DNA of 35,256 nt from Conidiobolus incongruus B7586 (Eukaryota). Within the stretch, counting starts at the first letter, position 1. Every line of letters starts with the position of its first letter. Where the stretch lies: positions 1 through 35,256 of the forward strand of contig JNEM01013957.1 of the NCBI GenBank assembly GCA_000697335.1. Reading direction: 5' to 3'. Below, piece by piece: positions 12,590 through 24,970 of this stretch. The position numbers and the translations under genes are program-made. The notes beneath the pieces are model-generated. The model made no database searches, was not told the origin of the DNA, and was given only the letters and a program-made list of their open reading frames with translations.

Positions 12590-15275
12590 TAATTAATCTA
12601 TTAAATTAAAAATTTGAATAATCTAAATTAAGAAAATGTACTAAAAGAATTTTTTCATAAATACCATAAAAATTGAGTAACGAGTATAAATCTATATTTA
12701 GTTTTTCAAAATTTGATAAAGTTTTTGAAATCAATTGTTATTATTACCTAATAATTATGGTCACTATAACTTTTAATTTGTAATATAATATAATTTCATC
12801 TTCATATTTCAAATATTGCAATCATCTTGGCATTAAAGATATCCTCAAATAATAATGTGGTTAAATCGAATATTGAAAAGTATTTCTATTTATCTTTATC
12901 AAATGCTGTGGTATGGGTATTTATGTAAAATTTACTTTTTGATATAAATTTTACATTAAATTTAAGATGTTAATATTAACATATATTGAAATATATGCAA
13001 AATTTATATCTAGAATTGTTAAATACTATTAAGAATTGTATTTCTGTAAGGGGTTTGGAGTGCTTTTTTTTCGTTAAATTTTTGGTTTTCTACTATTCTT
13101 AATAATCCAACTTTATTTTATCCATTAAAAGTTTTCGTAAAGATTCATGTGACTATGGATTTTGATTACTATTGGATAAATTATTCAATCCTTGATGAAT
13201 TCAATTTGATAGGTTATAAATTAGTTAATATTTGATATTTGATATAGTTATAACTAGTAGTAGTTATAAAAAGGAAAAATAATACTATTTGAATCATTTG
13301 CTATTCATAACATTAAATAAATCGAAACCATTATTATAGCGGATTACTAAATCACTAAAGTATTACAGAAATCAAATAAATCAGTTGATAAAATATCATA
13401 ATTGTATCATTAAATTATTTTAATCTAAATCAAATGTTTAAAAATCATAAAATCTTAAATTTTCAGCTTACAAAAATATAAAATACCTTAAGATTTTAAA
13501 AATATTTTTTAATAACTCATAACCGTTTTATGTTTAATAGTAAATAGTATGATTGGATAATTTGAGTTAACCTTAAATAATTATAAGAATTCATATAGTT
13601 GATTGATATAATCAATAATTTAAAATTATTGAGTTATCAAGGTTAGAGCAATTTCAAAGCTTATAATTTGAATACTTCTTTTTTAATTTATTTTAAAATA
13701 TCTTATAAATGTTAAATCAAAATAATTGTAGCTTGAAACTAATTCTAATTAGAAATAAATTCATCTACTTATTTTATGAGTATTAAATATATTGACAAAA
13801 TATCAATAGTTATAAGTATATATCTTTCAAAATGTAAAGGATAATTATTACATAATATGACAATTTACATTTTTTGCTTCTAATATATATTTTATTTTTA
13901 ATACCTTGATAATGTTGACCTTATCTATTTATGCCACAATTTTGATACCAGTACCTATTTGGTATAATTCGAAAATAGAGTATGAGTTTTTTTTTGAATA
14001 CTAAAGTTAAAAATTGATAATATATTCTATTCTATACTTAAATAATTAGGAACATACTGATATCATATCAAAAAATCTAAATATCATCAAAATTTATGTA
14101 TCAAGTAAATTCAATAATACTAAAATTCACGTTGAAAAAATTGAATGATATATTATAACCTGTCAAATATGAAAGTTAATTTCATTAATGTCAAATGATC
14201 CTTTATTATGTATAAAGATTATAAATTTATCATTTTTTATCTTGATAATATTAAGATTTTTATAATAATTCATAAAATAAATATACTGAACTGAACTATG
14301 AATATCTTATCCATATCATTATGCTTTTTAAATTTTAAAAATTATATGATAGAATTTAATAACCTCAAATGATTTGATTAGTTCAAATATTTGAAATTTA
14401 AATATTTAATTATGCTCAATCAATTTAAAAATATAATGATAACTTGAAAGTGGATAATGATAGATATTTTTAATGATACTTTTATATTATATTTTTATTC
14501 TAATTCAAATCAATACCCCTTTATTTTATATATTATATATATTAACTCAAAAAAAAGATTTGACAGATATTTGATATTTCTCAATTCAGATATATCCAAA
14601 TTTTTGGCAGGTTAATAACTAGTGAAATTGAACGTGGGTTTAAATATTAAAAGAGAGAACAAAAAGGGTATTTTCTCTCAATATAAATAATCAATTAACT
14701 AAATATAGAGTGAAATTGAGTATTATGATTTCATTAAATCATTCTATGGATATTTAACATTCCAAACTAATAGTTTATTTTAGTCTATTATATTAGCATG
14801 AGTATCATCGTTTGTATAGAGTATCATTTTGAAGTTGTAAATCTTATTCATTTTTAAATTTTATTCAAAATTTGAAATTCTAAAAGCGTACTAATGAATT
14901 TGATTTGAAAACCTCAAATTTTATTGAAGGGAGTTTAGCATTAAAATCATAATAAAAAAGATAAATAAGGTAAAAAAAGATCACTTGAGAAGAAATTAAT
15001 TTAATTTTGTAACTGTAACAAGGTTGGGGAATTATAAATCGTATTTAGTGGATAAATAAAAGTATTATATTTAATATTTCCAGGTTTAAATGACCAATTA
15101 AAGTAAAAATGGGTTTGATAAGAATTTGGATTGATGTTTATTTTGGTTTAATTTGATATATATTTCAGTCAATCTTCACTTTCAGCCTTTTATTCTTAAT
15201 TATAATAAGTTTTTTTTTCAACATTATTTATTTTAGTGTTTTGTATTTTATTTTTAATATAATTTATTATTACTA

Positions 15276-16969
15276 ATGAATAATAATCAATCCAATCAAA
15301 ATTTCAACGATTACGAGTCGAATCTTTTTAATGGGCCGAGAAATAGGATGAATTCTAATAAGAATTCGAATAATGATTATAATCAATTTAATGAAAACAG
15401 CTTTTCCAATCAATATAATAATCATAGAAGACAGGATTCCGGTAGTGAAGCTACCAGTCCTACTTATAGAACAAATACCTATAGTTCTTCCCCTAATTCT
15501 ATAAAACAAAAAGCGTTTCATGATGACGATTTTGCCTATTCAACATCGACTTTGAACAATATTTATCAATCTGACCAACCTCATTCAAAACCTCAAGGGG
15601 TTAATCCCAATGACTATTATGAACTTAGTTCTTATAATAATCAAAGACCGTTAGAAAACACAAATGAGGAGACTTATAACCCAAATGTTTATGGTTCCGA
15701 AAGAATTCTTCTCCCTCCTCACGTCACAGTGTCAGCAACTGGAGGTACAGCACAAGAAATTCCTTATTATCCTCAGAGAGATAGCTATTTATATGACGAA
15801 TACCGCAACACTTATAACCAAAATTCTTATAATTCGCATTATGAGGAAGATTTAATGCAACACAATTCCAGAATGCATCTTGATCCCAATTCAACCACAT
15901 ATGCTAGACCCACCAACCCTTATGTTACACCTTCAGCACCCATATACAACCCTCAGCCCCTTATATCGACCTCCAACTCAAGCAAGAATTGGTGGCGCTA
16001 CCCTTATTTTACATTTTTTATAACTGGTGTTCAAGTGTGTGTTTTTGCCTATCAATTGTATAATAATTATTCTTATACTGGAAATCCTATCGCAACACGT
16101 CCACTTAATATTATGATCGGTCCTTCCACTTCTGTAAGTTAATAATTAATTTAATTTAATTTATATTTTCATTTTTCTAATCTTAAATTTAGAATTTAAT
16201 TCACCAAGGTGCTCGTTATGTCCCTTGCATGAAATCTGGATTCTCAAATGTATCACTAGAGTGTCTGAGTAATAATAATGGTCTACAAATGCCCAAGTGT
16301 CCCTTAATGGAAGTATGTGGTTTTGAAAGTTTTAGTCAAGGGCAACCCAATCAATGGTTCCGATTTATGACACCTATCTTCCTCCATGCCGGTGTATTAC
16401 ATCTGTTATTCAACCTTTTCAGTCAGTTGACACTTGGAGGCCATCTTGAAAAATATTGGGGTCCATTTCGGATATTTTTTATCTATGCTCTCAGCGGTAT
16501 TGGAGGATTTATTTTTGGAGGAGTTTATGCTCTACCCACGCTGCCATCGGTCGGTGCATCTGGTGCTATTTTCGGATTAGTTGGATGTGAATTAGTTGAT
16601 TTAATTCAAAATTGGAAATTCATAGCATCACCAGGGTGTCAACTATTTAAATTATTATTAACTGTAGCTATTAATTTTGCTTTGGGTTTATTACCCTTTA
16701 TTGATAATTTTTCTCATATTGGAGGATTTATAGTTGGTATTTTAGCTTCTATTTTAATTATTCCGCTACCTTCGAGATGCTCTAAAAAAGTGATTATTCT
16801 TAAATGGACATTTATGGCCATCAGTTTTGGTATTTTGGTATATCTCTTCCATTTTGGCATCACTGGTTTTTATGATGACAAAATAAGACAATCGTGCTCA
16901 TGGTGCAAATATTTAAACTGTTTGCCAGCACTTGATATTTGTAAAGACATCAATAGTGGTCAAATGTAA
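15276..16969 (+). CDS. Rhomboid family intramembrane serine protease (peptidase S54), ~544 aa
   Basis: Exons 15276-16133 and 16193-16969 (intron GTAAGT...TTTAG, in frame). Motifs NIMIGPS, PNQWFRF (WR), LHAGVLHLLFN, VGASGAIFG (catalytic Ser), IDNFSHIGG (catalytic His) and multiple TM helices. Confidence 0.95.
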
Positions 16970-17163
16970 TTATTTTTCCCTTTTTTCACATTCAAATTAA
17001 CATAATCATATAATTAATAAATAAATTCAAATAGTTTTTGGAATTTTTATACTATAGTAAATTGTTCCAATTATAATATATATAGCTTTAATTGTAGCTT
17101 GAGTTATTTACGTTGAAATTATAATGTTAAAGTAAATATGTGTCTACTTTTTATTCCTGTAAG

Positions 17164-18741
17164 TTAATCAATTAATGGTTTTTGCAAAACTCTACGATTC
17201 CAATTGAGTACTGTATCTATTGAGTTAAACCAATCAGTAAACATATCTTCATGAGAGAGTGTTAAAACAGGGTAAGCAGATGCTGTCACGACAATTGAAT
17301 CGCCTGCCTTTAATTGAATTCTATGACGTCCATCAAATGAAGCCTAAATGAAATTAATAAAATTATTCTTTAAATCATTATTAAGTCATTACCCATCCTG
17401 CATTCCTAGAACCTTCAGGAATGCACAGTCTAAGATGAATCCAAGCAGGTAATATCATAGGACGGCATGTTAAAGTGTGTGGACATATAGGAGTAATGAG
17501 TAAAGAGCTCTGGGCGGGATGGGCAAGTGATCCGTTGGCTGATAAATTATATGCTGTTGATCCAGTTGAGGTGGAAATAACTAAACCATCAGCCAATATA
17601 GTTGTCCAATGCTCATTATTAGCGTATAACTCAACTTGAATCATTGCAGCAGATGAACCTCTATCAACAACGAGTTCATTGAGAACTTGATAAGTTTTGA
17701 AAGGGTTAGGGATTCCATCTTTGCCAAAATTTCTACAACTTGTACAAGATGATTGGGCGGCTTCCTCTGTAAGATTGCCATTACACAAATCCAGCTGTCT
17801 TTCGAAATAAGAACAAGTGAATCGAAGTCTGGTGGTAACGGGTACTTTTCCTCCATTCAAAATATTGGGTAACCATGTTTCAAATCCTTTGAAGTGGAAT
17901 ACAGTTAAGAATCCCAAAGATCCCAAATGGAAAGGAATGATTGGAGGGACTGTTTCTTGAAATAGAGAACAAGCGAATAGAACAGTACCATCACCTCCTA
18001 AAGTAATACATAAATCAAAAGTAACTTGGCTAATAGTGTCATCTGTCCAAGCATATACTCTTGATACTTCTGGCAATGAATTAATTTCTTCGGTATTTTT
18101 ATATTGTTCATTAATGTATACTTCAATATTGGGAAAATTAGTCAAAATCCATTTTGTTAATCGAGAAGTTAAAGAAAGTAGAGTAGGATCTCCAGGTTTT
18201 GTTACTATCATAATATTATGCACCTTAGGAATTTGTAATTTCATAGCACCTAAATTACTACTCAAATCAAGCATATGACGATATATAGAAGTTAGAGAAT
18301 CTTGAGTTGAAGTATACGATCTTGTTTGAGCTGATAAATTGGATAACAAGCCAGAAAGAGCTCTCGTGCACTTAGTTGAAAAGTGAGCCCTTTTGAATTC
18401 TTGAAGTTGTGTATTTATTTCATTTAATAAATTATCATCATCTATATTTATTATTTAAAATTAAATTAGATTAATATTTATCTTGATTAATTTACCTTTT
18501 AATAAAACCCAATCAGCGTCAGGATCAGCCCAAGATAAAGTATAGCAACTAGGGTCAAAATTAAAAAAATTGATTTTAAAAAAATTTTCTATATCATTAT
18601 AAGTAAATTGACATTCTAGATAAACGTTAGCTTATTATCAATAAGTTCAATATTACAATATTTAGTACCATTTGAATAAATAATAACAGAGCTATCAATA
18701 TGCGTCAATTTAATACGATATTTTTTTAATTCACCATTCAT
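17164..18741 (-). CDS. NADK: ATP-NAD kinase (Utr1/Yef1-like) with N-terminal PB1-like domain, ~473 aa
   Basis: Exons 18741-18669, 18615-18496, 18441-17393, 17343-17164 (1422 nt, open frame; GCTAAC branch point in intron 1). NAD kinase motifs GGDGT, VLNELVV, ADGLVISTSTGSTAYNLSANG, ITPICPHTL, SFDGRHR and terminal LNWNRR. Confidence 0.93.
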
Positions 18742-19183
18742 TATTTTTGATTTCAGGGTAAAAGTTAAGTAAATAATTGAATTCAAAATGAATTGACAAA
18801 TTTTTTCATTAGCATTTATCAAACTAAAAAATGGGTTTTTACTTTGGATCTTATTCCAAATAATTTTAATCGATTTTAACTATAAAGTGGAGTCGATTAT
18901 ATTGTAATTTTTGATTAAATTTAGGCAAGTTTTATATATTAATACTATTCAATGATTATATCATTTATTAACCATAATGATAAAAACAATTTTACTGATA
19001 TATTAATTTTAATTAAAATAAACATTACTAATGATACAAATCGTTTCCAATAGAAAAATATCCCATAAAAGTCAAATTCATGTTAGTATTTTATATAAAT
19101 ATTAAATTGATGTGACTTTAATTTTGCCACAAATCAAAACAATTAAGTTTTTAATTATTTTTTTAAATGAATCAACTATCATA

Positions 19184-20497
19184 ATGAATTCCGTAAAAAA
19201 TTCAGTTGATTTAGATAGTTTAATAAGGTACTGTTAATTATAATGCTATTCGCAATTCGAATTAATTTCAAGATTTATTTTAAAGTATATTAGCTACTTA
19301 TAATCAACTAAGGGAAAAATATAAAGATATTATAGAGCCTAATTTACCTAACGATGACCAAGTTAAATTGGTAATTTTTTAATATTAACATTTTAATATT
19401 TAGATTTAGTGATAGTTTTTAGGGTTGTAAATATTTAAAATTAAAAAATGAATTAGATTGTAATATAATTAAAGTGAATAATTTAAAAAATCAAATGGAA
19501 AAAGGTGAATTTAAAATTTATTCATAGGAATTATTTATTGATTATATAATAATATTAGAGAGTCGAGATATATATTCTCTCAAAGAGAAGATAAAGCTCA
19601 AAAGAGAAAAAATAAATGAGAAAATGGTATTATTACAACATTGTAGAGAACAGTTAGACTCTCAAATTCAAGAAGTAAATCAAACGAGGTGATTTTATTA
19701 ATAGTTGTTATTATTATCATTTAGCTTACTTGAATTTGATAGAATCATAGCTGAAGATCACGAAAGGTTAATTAAAAAATGCCTATCTAAGGTGGCTAGA
19801 GATCTATCTATTATTTATAATATTGAAAGAGTAATAATTGATTATATATTTGATATCAAAATTGATTTTAAGAATAATATTTTAGGATTCACGAGATTTA
19901 ACTCTATTTCACATAAGAGGCATACCACTCAATAACAATATTTATCAAGGTAAATATACATTTGATTAAATTTTATAAAAATTTGAAAAATGACTGATTC
20001 AAGATATATCACAATCTATTTGTGATAAATTTTGTTCTTTTAATTTTATAGATCCCGAATTTACTAAAATTTCTATCGCTCTGGGGTATTCTACCCACTT
20101 AATTATGATGCTAGCTTATTATTTAAATATTTCCTTACGTTATCCTATCATTTTTTGTGGTTCCAAATCTTTTATAATAGATATTATTAATGTGGATTTG
20201 ACTAATGAGGAAAGAAGGTAATTTGTTATATTTTCAAGATAAATTTATTTTTATTGATTTGTATTTAGATTTCCCTTATTTTTAGATAATAAGAATCAAT
20301 CTGAATTTGACTATGGTTTATTTCTATTGAATAAGAACGTGGAGCAGGTATATCCATCGTTCATTAGAGTTAAAAAATTATTAATCTATCACTTTTAGCT
20401 TCTCCAATCTCAGGGATTAACAGCTCTAGATTTAAGGAACACTTTACCGAATTTAAAATGGTTGCTTCAAACCCTGCAATCCGTTAAACCAATATAG
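19184..20497 (+). CDS. UVRAG: UVRAG/Vps38-like (Atg14/Vps38 family) PI3K complex subunit, ~284 aa
   Basis: Exons 19184-19227, 19286-19370, 19423-19504, 19559-19688, 19725-19830, 19886-19949, 20052-20217, 20269-20347, 20399-20497. Coiled-coil N-half followed by ISIALGYSTHLIMMLAYYLNISLRYPI...FPLF...FDYGLFLLNKNVEQL...LRNTLPNLK, typical of the UVRAG/Vps38 C-terminal domain. Start codon and 5' exons are uncertain. Confidence 0.85.
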
Positions 20498-20859
20498 TCT
20501 TTCTCTTTAAACACCAATAATAATTAGTTTGTACCTTCTCTTTCAATTAACACGCCACATTCGTCCTTTTAACTTCGTGATATTTATAAATTTATAAATA
20601 TTTTTATATTATAATAAAAATCAGAGATGATTTGTTTAAATATAATTATTAATTACAATCAACATTATGATTGATTATATGGGGTATTTATTAAATATAA
20701 CAATCAATTAAAAAAGTGAAAGTGAATACATGATTTTTTAAATATACTTAAATATTATCAATTGATTAACTTAAGACAGAACCTGTTGTCCAAAAAAGTT
20801 TAATATTTAGTGGTTAGTATATATAATATAATTTAAAATGACCTAATTTAGAGAAAAAA

Positions 20860-22965
20860 CTACATTTGGGGATTTGGTAAAGCAGTATTGCACTTTTCAT
20901 CATGTTCCAAATTTCCACGAACCCATAGCACAGTATCATCATCCACTCGTCTCGCAACTTCAACGAAAGCTAAGCACCCTACAAAAGGATATTTTTGCTT
21001 AGACTTGCGAATACCTTTGGTTCCATGGAAATTTCTGACGTCACTACCACAACAACATTGATATAGATGAGTCACAATGGATTTTCTGCGGCGTGTATTG
21101 CGCGTTTTCCATTTGGAGAGTGGATTACTCATATGCTCTCTGGTAAGTTTGTGCTGATTCAAATATTCCTTTGCTTTCTCTTGATCATTTGATCCAAATG
21201 TTATTTTGGGAGTAGGAATCTGTAATATTTTGCTTCTTTGTTCACTCGTGACTAACAAGTGACTGGGAACTCTACCTGGACAATTGGGGACAGTAGTGGG
21301 AGGACGAGAGACCGTTTTAGGTTTATCTGAATTGGGCTTGGTTTTTTTAGGTTCAGGCTCAGGGTTAGAAGACTCTGGTAATTTTGTTGGAAGAACCAAG
21401 GGTGATATATTGGCAGAGTGAATAGATTGTTTTACGGGAGCGGGAGCTATTTTTATCTCGGTGTTTGTATTTGCGTGAGCAGGTGCTCCAGGTGTAGTGA
21501 TAATACTATGAATTGGTAAATAAGATGAACTATTTTGAGGTTTAGGAGGTTCGGTATTTTTAACTGGTGCATTAACTGATGCTGAAGTTGGTTTAGTAAA
21601 TGATAGCGAAAGTGGAGAAGCTTCTCGTTTCAAGTTCATGAAAGCAGAGTTTTGACCCACTTGACTAGCTCCATTTTCTGATTTCGAAACAGCCATTTTG
21701 AAAAATTGAGGTGAAGAGCTAGGTTTCTGGGTGTGATTTTGTCCATTGCTTACTTTTGAATTTCTGTTAACTATATTATTATTGCTGTGTGGTGACGGGC
21801 CGTTAGAGTAAGGGATATTAGGATATTGTTGAGATGGCATATGCTCGCCCTGGGGAATGACAGGATAAGTAAAACCTTCATAATCATAAGCAGACATATT
21901 TATATTAGGAGGGAATTGACTAGACAGACCCTGACTAGATAAAACAGTATTCATTGGATGCATCATTGATGATCTGGATTGATTGGCTGGGTTGGTTGGT
22001 CGAACTCCTGTAGGAGTATTGTTTGAACTCAAGGATGATGAATTATTTTGCGAATTCTGTGGAGCCATTTGATTCATCCATGGCTGTGAGCCATTAGCAG
22101 CTCTCTTTTTGGATAACTGTTGAGAATTCTGTGAAAGCTGCGGTGCCTGAATAGATTGGTTTTGAGGTAAGTGTGATTGGAAATGGCTATTAGACTGACT
22201 TTGATGGGGCTGTTGAGGAGCAAGTTGGCCTTGAGCTTGAGCTTGTAATCTTTGCTGCTGGTTAAGGATTTGTGCATTTTTAAGTTGTCTTAAATCATTG
22301 GAAGTATTTGGAGGTAAGTTATTTAAGTTAAAAGATTTAAATCCATTAGCGAAATGATTTTGGCTAGGCTGCGTTTGATGCATAACCTGTTGCTGTTGTC
22401 CGGTTGGGTGAATAAAAACTTGTCCTTGATTGGGATGATTTGGGGGTTGTGAAGAATGGGGATTATTATTTTTTGGTTCGTTCTGTGGTATTCCTGATTT
22501 AAATCTAGAAAAACTCGACTGTGGCAGTTGTTGTATACGTTGAGGACTGTTCGTAAAATTAGAATGAGGCATATGATTTGAAGCAAGATAAGGGCGTTGG
22601 TAAAGATAAGGATTCGGACGCGATTGCTGAAAATGCTGAGGTGTTTGCTGAGTAGAGTTATGACCGTTAGGTACATATTGTTGATGTTCTGCAGGTAGAT
22701 AAGATACATTCTGTTGTGATTGATGTGGAAAATGATGATTTGGTGGATGATGGCCTTGAGGATGAGGCAGCTGCTGTGGTGGAAAGGGAGGTCGAGTTTG
22801 GTGCTGAGATTGTTGGGGGTGGTTGAGTGGGGTCAGGGTGTTAGAGTGGTGAGAAACAGAAGTCAAGGGTGGTAGCAATGAGTTGCGGACGTTATTAAAG
22901 GAGGAGGGTGGAAAACTGGAGGGTGGAGGGTGTTTACCATTGCTAGGTTGGGGTATTGTGGACAT
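20860..22965 (-). CDS. Q/N/P/S-rich protein with C-terminal Cys/His WRKY-GCM1/FAR1-like domain; putative transcription factor (701 aa)
   Basis: Long intronless ORF; ~600 aa of low complexity then LYQCCCG...RKSKQKYPFVGCLAFVEV...GNLEHDEKC plus a basic patch (RNTRRRK). The ORF is secure; the function is inferred. Confidence 0.8.
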   Translation of the reverse strand: MSTIPQPSNGKHPPPSSFPPSSFNNVRNSLLPPLTSVSHHSNTLTPLNHPQQSQHQTRPPFPPQQLPHPQGHHPPNHHFPHQSQQNVSYLPAEHQQYVPNGHNSTQQTPQHFQQSRPNPYLYQRPYLASNHMPHSNFTNSPQRIQQLPQSSFSRFKSGIPQNEPKNNNPHSSQPPNHPNQGQVFIHPTGQQQQVMHQTQPSQNHFANGFKSFNLNNLPPNTSNDLRQLKNAQILNQQQRLQAQAQGQLAPQQPHQSQSNSHFQSHLPQNQSIQAPQLSQNSQQLSKKRAANGSQPWMNQMAPQNSQNNSSSLSSNNTPTGVRPTNPANQSRSSMMHPMNTVLSSQGLSSQFPPNINMSAYDYEGFTYPVIPQGEHMPSQQYPNIPYSNGPSPHSNNNIVNRNSKVSNGQNHTQKPSSSPQFFKMAVSKSENGASQVGQNSAFMNLKREASPLSLSFTKPTSASVNAPVKNTEPPKPQNSSSYLPIHSIITTPGAPAHANTNTEIKIAPAPVKQSIHSANISPLVLPTKLPESSNPEPEPKKTKPNSDKPKTVSRPPTTVPNCPGRVPSHLLVTSEQRSKILQIPTPKITFGSNDQEKAKEYLNQHKLTREHMSNPLSKWKTRNTRRRKSIVTHLYQCCCGSDVRNFHGTKGIRKSKQKYPFVGCLAFVEVARRVDDDTVLWVRGNLEHDEKCNTALPNPQM

Positions 22966-24970
22966 TCGAACTTATGAAGTAGTTAAGTATAATAGAATTC
23001 AAATAATATTTGGATAATAGCAGTCTTAATGAGTGGGTTAGTATAGATTGAAGATGTTATAATGGTGTATGGAGTATTTACAGTAAGGTAGTTAGCTTCC
23101 AAATTGAAAAATTTAATGAAAAGACATTCAATCAATGGGAATAAATTATGTTTAATTTGGCTATTTTCACTTGGTGATAATTCGAATGACTCGAATCAAC
23201 CCGAAGTGGAATGATTTTAATGCATTAATAAACAAATAATGCACACAATCAATATGTCTCTTTGAATTGATTGGTTAATTAGAATTTCCGTATTCATTTA
23301 TTTGAGAATAGAATAATAAATTTGCTATGTAAGAAATGATTTAATTCAAATAACCACTTATTCCAAGTTCAAATTGAAAATTGATATACATTTTAGTAAT
23401 AAAGTGATATTTGATCTTATCGGTTATTCATAAAATTGTTAATAAGATAATCATTGTTTTGCTCATATTAAATATAGCCATGTATTTGAAATAGTATTTA
23501 ACTGAATTTATTATACTCAACAAGTCTCCAGTATTTTGTCTTTGTTTATTACAGCATGATCTGTTATCTAGTCTCTAAAGCTGTTACATACTACAAATGA
23601 TTTTAAATGTATTTCTTTTAAAATAATATACAAGTGTACATTATATTATATTTCAATGCTTTTAAATTTATAGGTAAAATTATCATTGATATATTATATC
23701 AAAGCCATCAATTAATATGTTATTTTATCAATCATTATAAAGAATTATAATGAATGTCATGAAACAATAACTTATATTATATAGTTATCATATTTAATAT
23801 AGTTCTTAATTTCCAATAATGACAATAATTGGCTAATGATCAGGAATAAACTACAGGATATTTAATAACAAAATAATTTTAACAAACCAAAAATAAAATA
23901 ATCAATTCTTTATTTCATAAATTACAAGATTGAAAGAATTAATTTAGTAGAGAAATAGGAGTGTTTTGATATTAATTTATAATATTTTTCAACTCTTAGT
24001 TTAAAAAATATCAAGTATTTTAATTCTGAACAAAGTATTATAATAGTATAGAAATTTATATAAGGTATTATTGAGTAAGCCAATATAATAAACTATCAAC
24101 TCTGTAAACTAAGGAATACTTTTTACATATTGAAATAACAATCATATAAATGTTCAAAAATCGTTCCAAAAGTTTATCCATATATCTCGAAAACAATAAT
24201 TTTATAATTTAGAATTTGATTTTTTGAATAGAGGAAACTCAATATTAAAAAGTTAATAAAATGTATACAACATTAATTAACTCAAACTTTCCATTTTGGA
24301 TATAACTTGATTTAAATCACACACAATTTAATTATTATTATTTTATGTTAAAGAGTAAATAATAATGAACATATATAAAAATATACCCTTAACTCTTTAA
24401 ACACAAAAATCAAATTTATAAATAATATAAAAGAAACAACGCAAATTGATATTAAATATAATGTTTTGATTTCAAATTAATTTTATGGAATTAGTAACAT
24501 TCAAAATTTGATTCATTTTAAACAATAAATCAAATATGGCGACTGTCGAGCTAATAAAAATTTTTAATCAACTTTGTTTTATCATTATTAAAATACCAAT
24601 GATTTTATTGATCCTAGTCAATATTCATGTTATATTAATAAATTTAACAAAAATATTAAAATGGTAAAAAATAGATTAGATTAGGTAATGGATAAATAAT
24701 TGAGGTATGAATATTATCATGACTATTGAATAGGCATTGAATTATTATAATTTGGGTCAATATGAGTATTATTTGGCTGTTAATTTATGATAATATAAAT
24801 TATCAAATTTTAATTTTAAATCAAAGATTATCAAAAATTTGAAGAATTATATTTGAATATCCTATTAGGATTAGATGAAATCGATAAACTTGAAAAACAG
24901 TCATATATTCCAACTATCATAAATCATAATACTTATTATTAATATTAAATCACAATATAAAGTAATTGAA

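Noticed and set aside
19122..19131. TTTTGCCACA, resembling the Rpn4/PACE element on the minus strand
   Set aside because: A single imperfect short match that lies far from the proteasome gene; cannot be supported.
24536..24945. Coding-looking fragments (MATVEL..., ALNYYNLGQYE, FEELYLNILLGLDEIDKLEK) downstream of PUP2
   Set aside because: No phase-consistent spliced model could be built; may be a decayed gene, but unsupported.
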